Both the position numbers and the translations under genes were made by a program. This document shows positions 7,679-18,070 of a stretch of DNA of 64,000 bases, piece by piece; the stretch's first letter is position 1, and each line of letters begins with the position of its first letter. The notes beneath the pieces were generated by a model that did not search any database, was not told the origin of the DNA, and saw only the letters and a program-made list of their open reading frames with translations. Where the stretch lies: assembly GCA_023301465.1 (NCBI GenBank), contig JALZUQ010000035.1, forward strand, positions 320-64,319. Reading direction: 5' to 3'. Origin of the DNA: Oligoflexales bacterium. GTDB lineage: Bacteria > Bdellovibrionota_B > Oligoflexia > Oligoflexales > JALZUQ01.

Positions 7679-9048
7679 AAATAACTCCTTTTCGAATAGC
7701 CCATGCTTTTTCTTAGGTCTAAGCACATGATTAAAATAATGAAAGAATACACTAGGTATCTCAATACATAAGGATCACTTCCAATGATGTAATATATAAT
7801 ACTCAATAAAGATAATATTGACCAAACCCAAATAAAGTTTATTTTCGAAATAAATGGAAAACCTCCTGCCAATAAAAGAAGGAGGTACCATGGGTGCAAA
7901 GTTGGAGAACAAACCAGAAGACCAGTAGACATCAACAAAATAGATGCTTTGATTGATAGTTTGTTTTTGCAGTAAAAGTAAAATAAAGTAGCAGCGTAAA
8001 TCAACCCAAGAAAACTAACCGCAATTCGAGCCTTATCAACTCCAATACTGTTATCCATAAACGTTGACAAGAAATCAGCCAAAAACCTATGTAGAAAACC
8101 AAAAAAATACCAGTGTTTTGAAAAATGCATCGCAGAAGACAAAAAATTACCTCCTGAACTTGAATAATAACTAAAACACAACAAACCAGCCGCAACAGCG
8201 ATCATTAAAAAACTATAAACATTCTTTGTGAAACCATATTTTCTATGACCATATATGAATAAAAACGGGAAAAAAATCAACGGATACCACTTGATAAGCA
8301 CCATGGATAATATAAGAGAAAAATACAGAAGAGGTTTTTTAGTATCAAGAACCTTCTTCAAAAAAATAATGAGTAAGATACAAACGACTACATCAAGATG
8401 ACTATTAGCCAATCCTTTCAATAAAAAAAGTGGGTTGAAAATAATTAAATGCCAGTCAAAATCTCTGATGATATAAATCATCAGACTTGCCAAAACACCG
8501 ACTAACACCTTCCAGCCAATATATATTTGCCATGTGTGTGTTGGCACAAACTCATCAAGACCAGCACCACCCAACAAAAAAGGCCAAAAGTATGGATTTA
8601 AATAACTACTAATATGAAACAATACTTGTGCTAATGGTGGGTAAATAGTTGGTAAATGTGGATGATTAATATATTTTGCCCAAGACACTTCGTAGAATTG
8701 CTCCAAATTTTTTGGAGCAAAAGCATAAGGGTTTATACCGTTTGCTCCATTCAGTCCGTCCCAAATATATCGAATGTGATCTGACTCCAGAACAAAGGGG
8801 ACTCCTAATGCAATTGCCATTGTGAAAACGACACCTGTTTTCCAACTTGGCTTTTCGATAGATTTAAAAACAACAGGTATATAAGAAAAACCTAAAACGA
8901 AAATAAAAGAAATATAAATGAAATAAGAGTTTTTTAGTTCACCAAAAAATTGATCCGAAATTTTCCAAGACATGAACACCCAGTAGGATAAGGCTATCAT
9001 CAACCAAGAATAGTAGGTTCTAAGAGGTGTGTTTTTTAGTTTTCGCAT
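7675..9048 (-). CDS. Polytopic membrane glycosyltransferase (GT-C / GT87-like)
   Basis: SDHIRYIWDG..G.NPY, TIYPPLAQ, NSHLD, SPTLHPWY; many TM helices; start uncertain (9096/9048/9000). Confidence 0.75.
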   Translation of the reverse strand: MRKLKNTPLRTYYSWLMIALSYWVFMSWKISDQFFGELKNSYFIYISFIFVLGFSYIPVVFKSIEKPSWKTGVVFTMAIALGVPFVLESDHIRYIWDGLNGANGINPYAFAPKNLEQFYEVSWAKYINHPHLPTIYPPLAQVLFHISSYLNPYFWPFLLGGAGLDEFVPTHTWQIYIGWKVLVGVLASLMIYIIRDFDWHLIIFNPLFLLKGLANSHLDVVVCILLIIFLKKVLDTKKPLLYFSLILSMVLIKWYPLIFFPFLFIYGHRKYGFTKNVYSFLMIAVAAGLLCFSYYSSSGGNFLSSAMHFSKHWYFFGFLHRFLADFLSTFMDNSIGVDKARIAVSFLGLIYAATLFYFYCKNKLSIKASILLMSTGLLVCSPTLHPWYLLLLLAGGFPFISKINFIWVWSILSLLSIIYYIIGSDPYVLRYLVYSFIILIMCLDLRKSMGYSKRSYL

Positions 9049-9765
9049 GTATTGCAACTTTATTAAAGATCTCTGAAACTCCATAATAAAATACACAATA
9101 CAATATTTTAATTCCAGCCTTAATAGAGCCCGATAGTGATCCGCTTATTTTTGATTTTCCATATTTTCTTTTTTTGTAGAAAATATCAATCTCAAGGATT
9201 TTTACTCTTCGAAAGATAGCTTTAATTTGCATTTCGACATTCCACCCCCAGTTCTTATCTTGCAAGCCTAACTGCTGATAAACCCTGTATTGCATAGCCC
9301 GCATGGGCCCCATATCACTATAACGATAACCAGTAACTACAGAAATTAAAAAAGTTTGTAGCCAATTTCCAAACTTAGCATGAGGTGGCATAGCTCCTTG
9401 CTCCTGGCTTGTGCGTTGCCCAATCATCAACGTGTTCTCTTGGTCTTTTACAGTTTGATAAAAATGATCTAATTGATCCTCAGGTGAGCTTCCATCAGCA
9501 TCGAAAACAATTAATACACTATCGTGTCGTATGAGGTGTTCAGACTTTAGATAAGACACACCTGCTTGAATTGCTCCACCGTAACCCTTTACTGCACAAG
9601 TAGTCGTATGAAGCTCTGGAATTGATCTAGCGTATTCTAACCCACCGTCTGTACTACCATTATCAATCATCACAACTTGGTAGTGAGGTAATATCTTAGG
9701 AAATAGCCATTTGAGATTTTCAATCTCGTTTAAGACTGGCAATAAAATAAAGCAGTTTTTTGCAT
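9020..9765 (-). CDS. Glycosyltransferase family 2 (polyprenol-phosphate sugar synthase-like), 5' end apparently frameshifted
   Basis: PVLNE, DNGSTD, GYGGA, FDADGS, DMGPMRA, GWNVEMQIKA, GKSKISG; coupled ATG at 9765 is one base out of frame; first in-frame standard start is TTG 9742. Confidence 0.85.
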
Positions 9766-10667
9766 TAGAGTTTTCGATAGCTCAGCCCAAATCCAAAAGT
9801 GTTTTCTGTTTCTTGACGTTCATCGCTTTGCATCATTAATGCATATTCAGCCTCTATTGCTAAGCCTTTGAAAACCGTAACCCCTAAACTAGCTGTTAGA
9901 CTTGTCTGCTTTGAGTTTCGAACCTCCTCGCTTGAGCCACCAATGGTATCTCCAGGTGTAAAAGTTCTTTTTGCACTCAATTGAAACCAAGACTGAAACG
10001 GCAAACCAGCTCCTATCGAGGCTGATACGTTATAAGAGCTAAAAGTTCCATCCGCTAATGGATTGACTCCATGCCCAAAATTTAGCCAATAAGATTGATA
10101 GCCAAATGTCATTCCAAGTTCGTAGTTAAAGCCAAGCTTGCCACGATCTACAGAAGAGATCAGGTGTTCACTACCCGAAGGCACTTCATTAAACCTCTCA
10201 GACTCCATTCCAATCCTCAGGTTTTCTGAAGAGGTGGGAAGGCTGAGGCCATAGGTTAGTGCGACTCTTAAATTAATTTTTGTTCTAGGGATTCTAGTGG
10301 AAACCACTTGATTCTTATGAAAAATCGAGAGATCTGTAAACCCACCAGTTGTATGTTTATGATTTAAAGTCGTAGAATTTCTTTCTATAGCTTTATACGA
10401 ATATGATAAAGCAAAGTGAGAAGTCCAAGGTAAAAAACCAAGCCCTTGTTCTGCGTATAGGCCAGCAGTCTCTAGAGTTTGATCAAAACCAAGATTAGAA
10501 TCATCGCTGATAAATGATCCCGTTGTATGGGCATATGAAAGTTTAAAGTAATAATCATATTTACTTTTCACCCATCCATTAGAAAATGCACTTTCGGCAA
10601 AAAACAAAATTACAAATATGGATAAAATGTTTTTGAAGTGGCAAACTTTACGTCTAGGGTAGTTCAT
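9765..10667 (-). CDS. Putative outer-membrane beta-barrel protein
   Basis: Signal peptide, alternating beta-strand pattern, C-terminal FGFGLSYRKL. Confidence 0.55.
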   Translation of the reverse strand: MNYPRRKVCHFKNILSIFVILFFAESAFSNGWVKSKYDYYFKLSYAHTTGSFISDDSNLGFDQTLETAGLYAEQGLGFLPWTSHFALSYSYKAIERNSTTLNHKHTTGGFTDLSIFHKNQVVSTRIPRTKINLRVALTYGLSLPTSSENLRIGMESERFNEVPSGSEHLISSVDRGKLGFNYELGMTFGYQSYWLNFGHGVNPLADGTFSSYNVSASIGAGLPFQSWFQLSAKRTFTPGDTIGGSSEEVRNSKQTSLTASLGVTVFKGLAIEAEYALMMQSDERQETENTFGFGLSYRKL

Positions 10668-12160
10668 GCTGTTAAATTTTCCGTTTGTTTTGTTGTTTTC
10701 ACAAAGTCAATATTCAAATACTCTTTAAATAAGACATAAAGAATAAGGGCAATATTAAACATTAAGACACCAGCAATAAAGTACAATTTTTGGCTTAACG
10801 CCAAAGCACTGCTCACCACAAAAATCATTGCAACAAAAGATGAAACCATCATGTCTGACCTTTTAAATACACTGCCTTTACGCCCTTTAGGTGTTCGATG
10901 AAACACAAGCCATTTTTTATGTTTTTTAGTAGAAGCGAAAAGCCCTCTCCAATAAAACATAGCTATCTGCGTAACCAACAAAGGAAAACACAAAAAGAGT
11001 ACACATGCACGGTAAAGCCTCTTAGGAATACTTGCAGTGTTGGGTTGTGCTCTTTTTGAAGCAAACAAAAGAAAATAAACAACACTAAAGATAACCCAAA
11101 CACTTAAGTCAACCACAGCGGATAAATTTATATTGGGGCTTTGGGCCATAAAGTTTGCATAATATAAAATCCAAAACGGCAAGCAAATGATCATCAAACC
11201 AGCGATTGTAGAAATTGCATAGCCAAATAAGTTAAAAAGAACATCTAGTTTTTGGTAAAGAGACCATTGTTGATGTTTCACAATTTTTTTGCCTAGCAAC
11301 CTAAGTACTTGACCTGAGCCAAGAGCCCACCTTCTTTGTTGGATTAAAAAAGCATGAAATGTCTCTGGCAGTTCTGAAGAGCATCTATAATGATCGGCGA
11401 ACACAAGCTTAAAACCTTTCATTTGTGCTTTGTAGCTTAAAAGTAAGTCTTCGCAAACGGAATTTGAAGACCAACCATTTAGTTCTTGAAGTGCTTTTTT
11501 AGACCATATTCCCGCGGTCCCATTAAAATTAAATGCCAGTTTACGATGAAACCTACCAAAATGTTCAATATGAAAATGGATATTTAAAAGTATTTCTTGA
11601 ATTTTGGTAAGGTAGTTTTTATTTTGGTTATAATAACTCCACGCAGCTTGTACTGCGGCCACTTTAGAGTTTTTAGACTCAAACAATGGCATCATCTCAT
11701 AAAGAAAATCACTTGCAGGCCTAAAGTCTACATCAAAAATAGCAAAGTAATCTGCACCGCTTTTTTTAAGCCCGTGGTTCAAAGCTCCAGCCTTAAAACC
11801 TTCGCGATTTGAGCGGTGAATATGATTTATTTGTACAGAGTCTTCTGAGTTTTCTTTTCTTCGAATAAATTGCTGAATCAGCTTAGTTGTTTCTTCATCG
11901 TTTGAGTCATCAAGAATCTGATATTCAAGCCTGCTCTTTGGCCATTCAATTTTTAACGCCGACTCTAAAATTCCTAAGATATGTTTTGGTTCATTGAAGA
12001 CTGGTATCTGAATACAAACTAAAGGCACTTCTTCTGTGTTACTGAAGTTGAAACTCCATCTGACTAGTTTGCGTTGTGGAGTCTTGGACAGGCTCAACCG
12101 ATACAACATGGTGGAAATAAGCAAACTTTTTAAAACCCAAAATCCTATAATCAGAAGCAT
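10664..12160 (-). CDS. Processive GT2 (cellulose synthase-like / CslA-like)
   Basis: QIPVFNE, GFKAGALN, FDVDF, FNGTAGIW, EDLLLS, QQRRW (D,D,D,QxxRW) plus C-terminal TMs. Confidence 0.9.
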   Translation of the reverse strand: MLLIIGFWVLKSLLISTMLYRLSLSKTPQRKLVRWSFNFSNTEEVPLVCIQIPVFNEPKHILGILESALKIEWPKSRLEYQILDDSNDEETTKLIQQFIRRKENSEDSVQINHIHRSNREGFKAGALNHGLKKSGADYFAIFDVDFRPASDFLYEMMPLFESKNSKVAAVQAAWSYYNQNKNYLTKIQEILLNIHFHIEHFGRFHRKLAFNFNGTAGIWSKKALQELNGWSSNSVCEDLLLSYKAQMKGFKLVFADHYRCSSELPETFHAFLIQQRRWALGSGQVLRLLGKKIVKHQQWSLYQKLDVLFNLFGYAISTIAGLMIICLPFWILYYANFMAQSPNINLSAVVDLSVWVIFSVVYFLLFASKRAQPNTASIPKRLYRACVLFLCFPLLVTQIAMFYWRGLFASTKKHKKWLVFHRTPKGRKGSVFKRSDMMVSSFVAMIFVVSSALALSQKLYFIAGVLMFNIALILYVLFKEYLNIDFVKTTKQTENLTA

Positions 12161-12326
12161 GTCATATTCCTAGTGTTTAGTGCTAGAAAAATATGCAAAA
12201 TAATAAGAACTGTAAAGCTTTTATTGCTATTTATAGGACTTTAGCGGGTTTAGTGCATGATTTTAAGACGTTCATAATCACGGGTTTTCTTTAACTGGAG
12301 AAGTTGTATGGCTTTTCGTCAAATAG

Positions 12327-13418
12327 TTAAATATTTTTAATATCATTTACAACCCAGTTATAGCCCCACTCAGCCAGGTCTGAGCTTCTTAAGCTGCTAT
12401 CAATCACCGCTTTATCATTTCTGCACTCACTCAGTACATACTGGCTCAAATTTCCTAAATTTCCACCACTTAGCCTAAGAAAGTCTTCTTTGTACCAACT
12501 TGCAAACAAACTTGAGATACTAGTATTAGACCCAGAGACCCTCACTTGATTGAAATCATTAAAAAATAAGAATAAGTTTTCTTGTAGAATTTGGCTTAAG
12601 TCAGCTGAGTTATTTGGGTACATAAAGTTTCTAAGTTTCGGGCATGCCACTGCACCACATACCAGTGCCACATGGAGTTTTGGCTCTTTTCTTTGAACAA
12701 CTTCTTCATTTGGAAATGGTTGTTTTGGTGTTTCACCGAGTCTCAATATTCCAGTTTCAATACCATTCAAGGAAACATTATTATTTCCACCTATTTCATC
12801 AGGGATTTTTGTGTCAAAAACTTCCCACTCAGACCCAACAAGTAAATTTGACCTTGTTGCTGAAGGGTTATTTACAATAAATTGAATCATGGAAAGGTTA
12901 TATGCATTTGTCCAATAGGATATTTTTTGATCAGTGCTTAACGAATCAGGCTTTAAAATCGAGAGCCCTTTTATAAGAGCTTTCCATTGAGATGAAAATT
13001 GACCACGCAGTGCTGAGTAATTTACAAACCCAGAATTGGGCTCTACAACTTCCCCAAGAATTAAATTCCCGAGAACTAAAAACTGTTCATAGGTTCTTAT
13101 AGAGTCAATGTCGATAAAGTCACTTAGGCTGCTAGCTGTTTTTGGTGGTTCGTAAGTTCCACGATTATTGTTTTCTAGATACTCTTTGACACATGGGGTC
13201 AATCCAAAGCTTGAAGAATCCGCTAAAGAATCAGCCTCAGAATTGCTTGGTGCCTCAGAGTTTTCATTAAAAGGAACACCTTGCCCTTGGTTGCTACCGT
13301 TTATATTAGTATCTCCAGCATTACCATCTTCAAACTTAGAAAACTCTAGTGATTGGCATTGAGCTATAAATAAAGCAAAAGCACCTGTTATTAAATAAGA
13401 CAGCGATTTCCTGATCAT
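12327..13418 (-). CDS. DUF547 domain lipoprotein
   Basis: Lipobox-like IAQC; SYWTNAYN, LHVALVCGAVACPKL, SWYKEDF, YNWVVND. Confidence 0.8.
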   Translation of the reverse strand: MIRKSLSYLITGAFALFIAQCQSLEFSKFEDGNAGDTNINGSNQGQGVPFNENSEAPSNSEADSLADSSSFGLTPCVKEYLENNNRGTYEPPKTASSLSDFIDIDSIRTYEQFLVLGNLILGEVVEPNSGFVNYSALRGQFSSQWKALIKGLSILKPDSLSTDQKISYWTNAYNLSMIQFIVNNPSATRSNLLVGSEWEVFDTKIPDEIGGNNNVSLNGIETGILRLGETPKQPFPNEEVVQRKEPKLHVALVCGAVACPKLRNFMYPNNSADLSQILQENLFLFFNDFNQVRVSGSNTSISSLFASWYKEDFLRLSGGNLGNLSQYVLSECRNDKAVIDSSLRSSDLAEWGYNWVVNDIKNI

Positions 13419-13689
13419 TAAAAAACTCCTCTGTATATTGGTATCAGCGGGCTCTCACTGGCTGAAATGTTTTGTTAAAGCAAAAAAAGATATTCTAAGT
13501 ATAAGCTATCTCGTAGCAGATCTCCAAATATGAGCAAATATTCAATTTCATTTTATTGAAAATCACTCATTAAACCTGATAAAATAGAAAGATATTAAGG
13601 AAATAAAGATCTATCCAATACCTTTCAATTCGAAAGAATTAAAATAATTATTGTGATATAAAATTTATTCAATACAAAGGAGGCGTAGA

Positions 13690-15036
13690 TTGAAACACAT
13701 TGTGGTTATTGGAAATGGAGTGGCAGGAAGCACTGCCGCAAGGCATGTTCGAAAACGTTCGGATCATAAAGTCACAATGATTTCTGACGAAAACCCCCTA
13801 TTTTATTCTAGAACAGCTCTTATGTATATTTATATGGGACACATGACTGTCAAAGACACTCAACCATATGATTACGATTTTTGGAAAAAAAATAGAATAG
13901 ACCTTATTCAATCAAGAGTTACAAATATAAATACAAAAGACCAAGTGCTCACACTCTCTAATAAGCAAAGTGTTGCTTACGATAGTTTAGTCATTGCTAC
14001 GGGGTCATGTTCTAATAAGTTTGGTTGGCCAGGTCAAGACCTAGAAGGTGTTCAAGGGCTTTATCACCTCCAAGACCTAACAACGATGGAGAACAAAACA
14101 AAAAATGCTAAGAATGCTGTTGTTGTTGGCGGGGGACTCATCGGCATAGAAATGGTGGAAATGCTTTTAACTCGTGGCATCAAAGTTACTATGCTTGTGA
14201 GAGAAAATGGTTTTTGGACCAATGTTCTTCCAAAAGAAGACTCTGATTTTATTGGTAACCATATCTCTAAACACCATGTTGAAATGCGTTATGCTACAGA
14301 ATTAAAAGAGATCATTGATGATGGTAGTCGTCACGTAAAAGCAATCGTTACAAATAAGGGTGACACCATCAATGCTGATTTTGTTGGACTTACCGTTGGA
14401 GTGCACCCAAACACTCAAATTGTAAGTGGCACTGAGATTGAAACAGATCGCGGAATACTTGTAGACAGCAACCTCCAAACTAGCATCAAAAACGTCTACG
14501 CTATTGGGGATTGTGCACAGATACGAAAACCGGTAGCAGGTCGAAGACCTATTGAAGCCGTTTGGTATACTGGAAAGATTATGGGTGAAACTGTAGCATC
14601 ACATATTTGCGATCAACCCAAAGAGTATGATCCGGGGATTTGGTTTAACTCTGCAAAATTCTTTGACGTGGAATACCAAACATACGGAACCATATTACCA
14701 AACCCACCTGAGAACCAAGAATCGTTTTTCTGGAAAAGCTCAACAAAAGAAGTTGCCATCAGATTAAATTTCGAAAAAGACACACAACATTTTGTTGGAG
14801 CAAACCTCTTTGGAATTAGAGGGAGACATCATGTATTTCAAGATTGGATTAAAAACAAAAATACAATAAAAGAAGTTCTAGAACAGTTTGGCCACGCTAA
14901 TTTTGACCCAGAGTTTTTTAAGAAGTATGAACTAGAGATCATTGCTTCTTTCAATACAAAGTACGGTAAGAATATTTCTTTAAAGTCAAAAAAAGGTCTA
15001 GGGTTTTTAAAAGGTTTGCGTTTCTCAGGAAGATAA
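13690..15036 (+). CDS. NAD(P)/FAD-dependent pyridine nucleotide-disulfide-type oxidoreductase
   Basis: VIGNGVAG, LVIATG, VVGGGLIGIE, YAIGDCA; GGAGG RBS before TTG. Confidence 0.9.
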   Translation: MKHIVVIGNGVAGSTAARHVRKRSDHKVTMISDENPLFYSRTALMYIYMGHMTVKDTQPYDYDFWKKNRIDLIQSRVTNINTKDQVLTLSNKQSVAYDSLVIATGSCSNKFGWPGQDLEGVQGLYHLQDLTTMENKTKNAKNAVVVGGGLIGIEMVEMLLTRGIKVTMLVRENGFWTNVLPKEDSDFIGNHISKHHVEMRYATELKEIIDDGSRHVKAIVTNKGDTINADFVGLTVGVHPNTQIVSGTEIETDRGILVDSNLQTSIKNVYAIGDCAQIRKPVAGRRPIEAVWYTGKIMGETVASHICDQPKEYDPGIWFNSAKFFDVEYQTYGTILPNPPENQESFFWKSSTKEVAIRLNFEKDTQHFVGANLFGIRGRHHVFQDWIKNKNTIKEVLEQFGHANFDPEFFKKYELEIIASFNTKYGKNISLKSKKGLGFLKGLRFSGR

Positions 15037-15066
15037 TTTCGTTGATTGTAATACAAAGGGGTCGTT

Positions 15067-16407
15067 GTGAATTCAGTAGTTAGTGATAAGAAGTTTATTG
15101 AGTTATCTAGTCCACAAAAAATATGGCTTAGTGTCTTTGCATTAAGTTTATTTATGTTATTCGTGGCTTTATTTGGTGGAGGAGCTAAATACCCAAAAGT
15201 ATTTTTGATCTCTACTTTTGGAATTGGCATGTTGAGCGGGATCGTTTTTATTCGCAAGACATATGCTTATGAAACAGCTGGAATTAAAAATAATTTCATC
15301 ATGATGATGAAACACACCGCAAAAGGCAGCACTGCTTGGTTTTTTGGAATACTATTTACAAGTTTTTATGTTTGCCTCTATTGGCACGCAGACCTATTAG
15401 AAAACCTTGTGCGAATGGTAGACCCTATCAGTTACATGCTCAGAGCTAAAGCTGCTGACCAATGGTTCTTATATGGAACTTTTTATACAGCATGTGTGTT
15501 GGTGATGGGCTACAGAATGCTTCTCAAATACCGTCATTCGAGGTATCAAACTGTCAGAACATTATCCGTGATGTTTTTTCAATTAGTATTTTCTTATCTT
15601 ATCCCAAGCTTTTTAGCTAAATTAAATCAACCAGAATTTTATTTCACATATTTTTGGCCTTTAAAATATGACGCCTTATTTCCAGGGAGTGTAGCTAGCT
15701 TAAGACAATCGGGAAATGTCGGTGTTTTTATGCTTTTTTGGAGTGTCGCCATGATTGCTATTGCAACTCCATTACTGACTTATTTTTATGGGAAACGCTG
15801 GTATTGCTCATGGGTTTGCGGCTGTGGTGGCTTAGCTGAAACATTAGGTGACCCATATAGACAGTTGTCTGATAAAAGCTTAAAAGCATGGAAAACCGAA
15901 AGAGTTATGATCTACTCAGTAACTGTCTTAATAACGATTACTACAATATTAGTTTGGCTCGATTCAGTTTATGGCGGTGGCATTTTAGGAACTTTGTCAG
16001 CTAGCATGAAAAAATGGTATGGATTTTTTATTGGAGCAGCATTTTCTGGAGTCATTGGTGTTGGTTTCTACCCGCTACTTGGCAGTCGAGTATGGTGTAG
16101 ATTTGGATGCCCGATGGCAGCAATCTTAGGGATTCTACAAAAATGGTTTTCAAAATTCCGCATCACCACAAATGGTGGCCAGTGTATTTCATGCGGTAAT
16201 TGTTCTACTTACTGCGAAATGGGAATTGATGTAAGGTGGTACGCACAACGAGGTCAAGATATCTCTAGAGCTTCTTGCGTAGGTTGCGGAGTCTGTTCTT
16301 CGGTGTGTCCTCGCGGCGTTCTTAACTTAGAAAACGGACCAAAAGCGACTAGGGTTTTAGATGAAGTTTCTCTAGTCAACATGCTCCACGATAAAAACAA
16401 AGCATAA
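15067..16407 (+). CDS. Membrane 4Fe-4S binding protein (NapH/MauN-like)
   Basis: Multiple TMs; RWYCSWVCGCG, WCRFGCP, CISCGNCSTYC, CVGCGVCSSVCP. Confidence 0.88.
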   Translation: MNSVVSDKKFIELSSPQKIWLSVFALSLFMLFVALFGGGAKYPKVFLISTFGIGMLSGIVFIRKTYAYETAGIKNNFIMMMKHTAKGSTAWFFGILFTSFYVCLYWHADLLENLVRMVDPISYMLRAKAADQWFLYGTFYTACVLVMGYRMLLKYRHSRYQTVRTLSVMFFQLVFSYLIPSFLAKLNQPEFYFTYFWPLKYDALFPGSVASLRQSGNVGVFMLFWSVAMIAIATPLLTYFYGKRWYCSWVCGCGGLAETLGDPYRQLSDKSLKAWKTERVMIYSVTVLITITTILVWLDSVYGGGILGTLSASMKKWYGFFIGAAFSGVIGVGFYPLLGSRVWCRFGCPMAAILGILQKWFSKFRITTNGGQCISCGNCSTYCEMGIDVRWYAQRGQDISRASCVGCGVCSSVCPRGVLNLENGPKATRVLDEVSLVNMLHDKNKA

Positions 16408-16449
16408 AAAAAATGCCGAGACTCAAAAAATAGAGTCTCGGCATTTTTT
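16408..16449. terminator. Bidirectional intrinsic terminator
   Basis: AAAAAATGCCGAGACTC-N8-GAGTCTCGGCATTTTTT between convergent genes. Confidence 0.9.
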
Positions 16450-16474
16450 ATTTAGATTCCTACCAAATATTCAT

Positions 16475-17797
16475 TTAATATAAATCTGAAATAGAGTAAC
16501 CGTGAATTTTTTCGGCTAATTCACATAATTCTTTTTGATAAGCATCAAAGTCCATTTGTTTTTTAGCGACTTTTTCTTCTGAGGCTGCCCTTGCAATAGC
16601 CATCGACACGTCAACTAAAACTCTTGGGTCGTTTGGTTTTGGAATCAAATAGTCTTTACTTAATTCAAATACTTCGCCCTTGCCATAAAAATCTTTTACA
16701 CGTGGCGGAACCGGTTTTTTTGTTATTTCTGCAAGAGCTTTAACAGCTGCCTGCAACATTCCATTTGTAATATGAGAAGAATGAGTATCTAGAGCACCTC
16801 TAAAAATATACGGGAAACCTAAAACATTGTTTACTTGATTTGGATAATCAGACCTTCCAGTCACCATTAAAGCATTCGGCTTTACTTCTAGTGCATCTTC
16901 AGGAAGGATCTCCGGATCAGGATTTGCCATTGCAAAAACCAAAGGTGCTTCCGCCATTGCAGAAACCATTTCTTTTGTCAGCACACCACCCACTGAAACT
17001 CCAATAAATGCATCAGCAGACTCCAAAGCTTCAGCTAATGTTCGCTTTGGTGTGTTGATTGCAAATTTTTGTTTGTGCTCGTTCATGCCATTGGTTCGGC
17101 CTTGATAAATCACACCCTTACTATCGCACATCAAAATATTATTTGGATTAACTCCGAGCGTGATTAATAGGTTCGTACAAGCAGTTGCAGCTGCTCCTGC
17201 ACCATTGACGACAAGTTTTACAGTCTTAATGTCACGTTTTGTAATTTCAATAGCATTTAAAAAAGCAGCGGCTGTAATTACCGCTGTCCCATGCTGATCA
17301 TCATGAAATACAGGTATGTTCATCAGTTTTTTTAGTTGTTCTTCAATATAAAAACACTCAGGAGCTTTAATATCTTCGAGATTAATTCCACCGAATGTTG
17401 GTTCTAAAGACTTCACAATTTCAATAAACTTATCAGGATCAGACTCATCTACCTCAATATCAAAGACATTAATATCTGCATACTTCTTAAAGAGCATGCC
17501 TTTGCCTTCCATCACAGGCTTCGAAGCATAAGGTCCAATATTACCTAGGCCTAATACTGCTGAACCATTACTAATAACACCAACGAGATTAGACCGACTT
17601 GTATACCTATAAGATAAATTTTTATTCTCAAAAATTTCCAGACAAGGTGCGGCTACTCCTGGAGAATAAGCTAAACTTAAATCCTCTTGAGTATCAACAG
17701 GCTTTGACGGGATTGTTTCAATTTTTCCTGCGGGGCACTTGCTATGATATTTTAAAGCTTGTTCTTTTAACTCTTCTGCACTTAATTTTTGACTCAT
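16475..17797 (-). CDS. NAD(P)-dependent malic enzyme (no PTA-like domain)
   Basis: LAYSPGVA, PVMEGK, GGINLEDIKAPECF, FHDDQHGTA, GAGAA, GRSDYPNQVNN; 440 aa. Confidence 0.93.
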   Translation of the reverse strand: MSQKLSAEELKEQALKYHSKCPAGKIETIPSKPVDTQEDLSLAYSPGVAAPCLEIFENKNLSYRYTSRSNLVGVISNGSAVLGLGNIGPYASKPVMEGKGMLFKKYADINVFDIEVDESDPDKFIEIVKSLEPTFGGINLEDIKAPECFYIEEQLKKLMNIPVFHDDQHGTAVITAAAFLNAIEITKRDIKTVKLVVNGAGAAATACTNLLITLGVNPNNILMCDSKGVIYQGRTNGMNEHKQKFAINTPKRTLAEALESADAFIGVSVGGVLTKEMVSAMAEAPLVFAMANPDPEILPEDALEVKPNALMVTGRSDYPNQVNNVLGFPYIFRGALDTHSSHITNGMLQAAVKALAEITKKPVPPRVKDFYGKGEVFELSKDYLIPKPNDPRVLVDVSMAIARAASEEKVAKKQMDFDAYQKELCELAEKIHGYSISDLY

Positions 17798-18070
17798 TAG
17801 AGGAAACTTTCTTTATTTTATAAAGTAGAGATTATAACAGCTACTCCTAAAACTTCATGGTTTAATTCAATAAAAAACTCATATAACGTCTATCCACCAA
17901 AAAAGGAATACTTTTCATAAAGCCTCACTCATTTAAGACATGACACCAAAAAAGAAAACACCAATAAATTCAGTTGCTTTTATCCATTATTTGGTTTTTT
18001 AGGACAGAAATAGCTTGGTATGAATAAAAACACTTACTTCGATTGTTCGATTACAAACCTAACAAAAACA

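Noticed and set aside
16475-17797. Malic enzyme as a truncated MaeB pseudogene
   Set aside because: PTA-less ~400-440-aa malic enzymes are a normal class, and the gene ends cleanly before a terminator.
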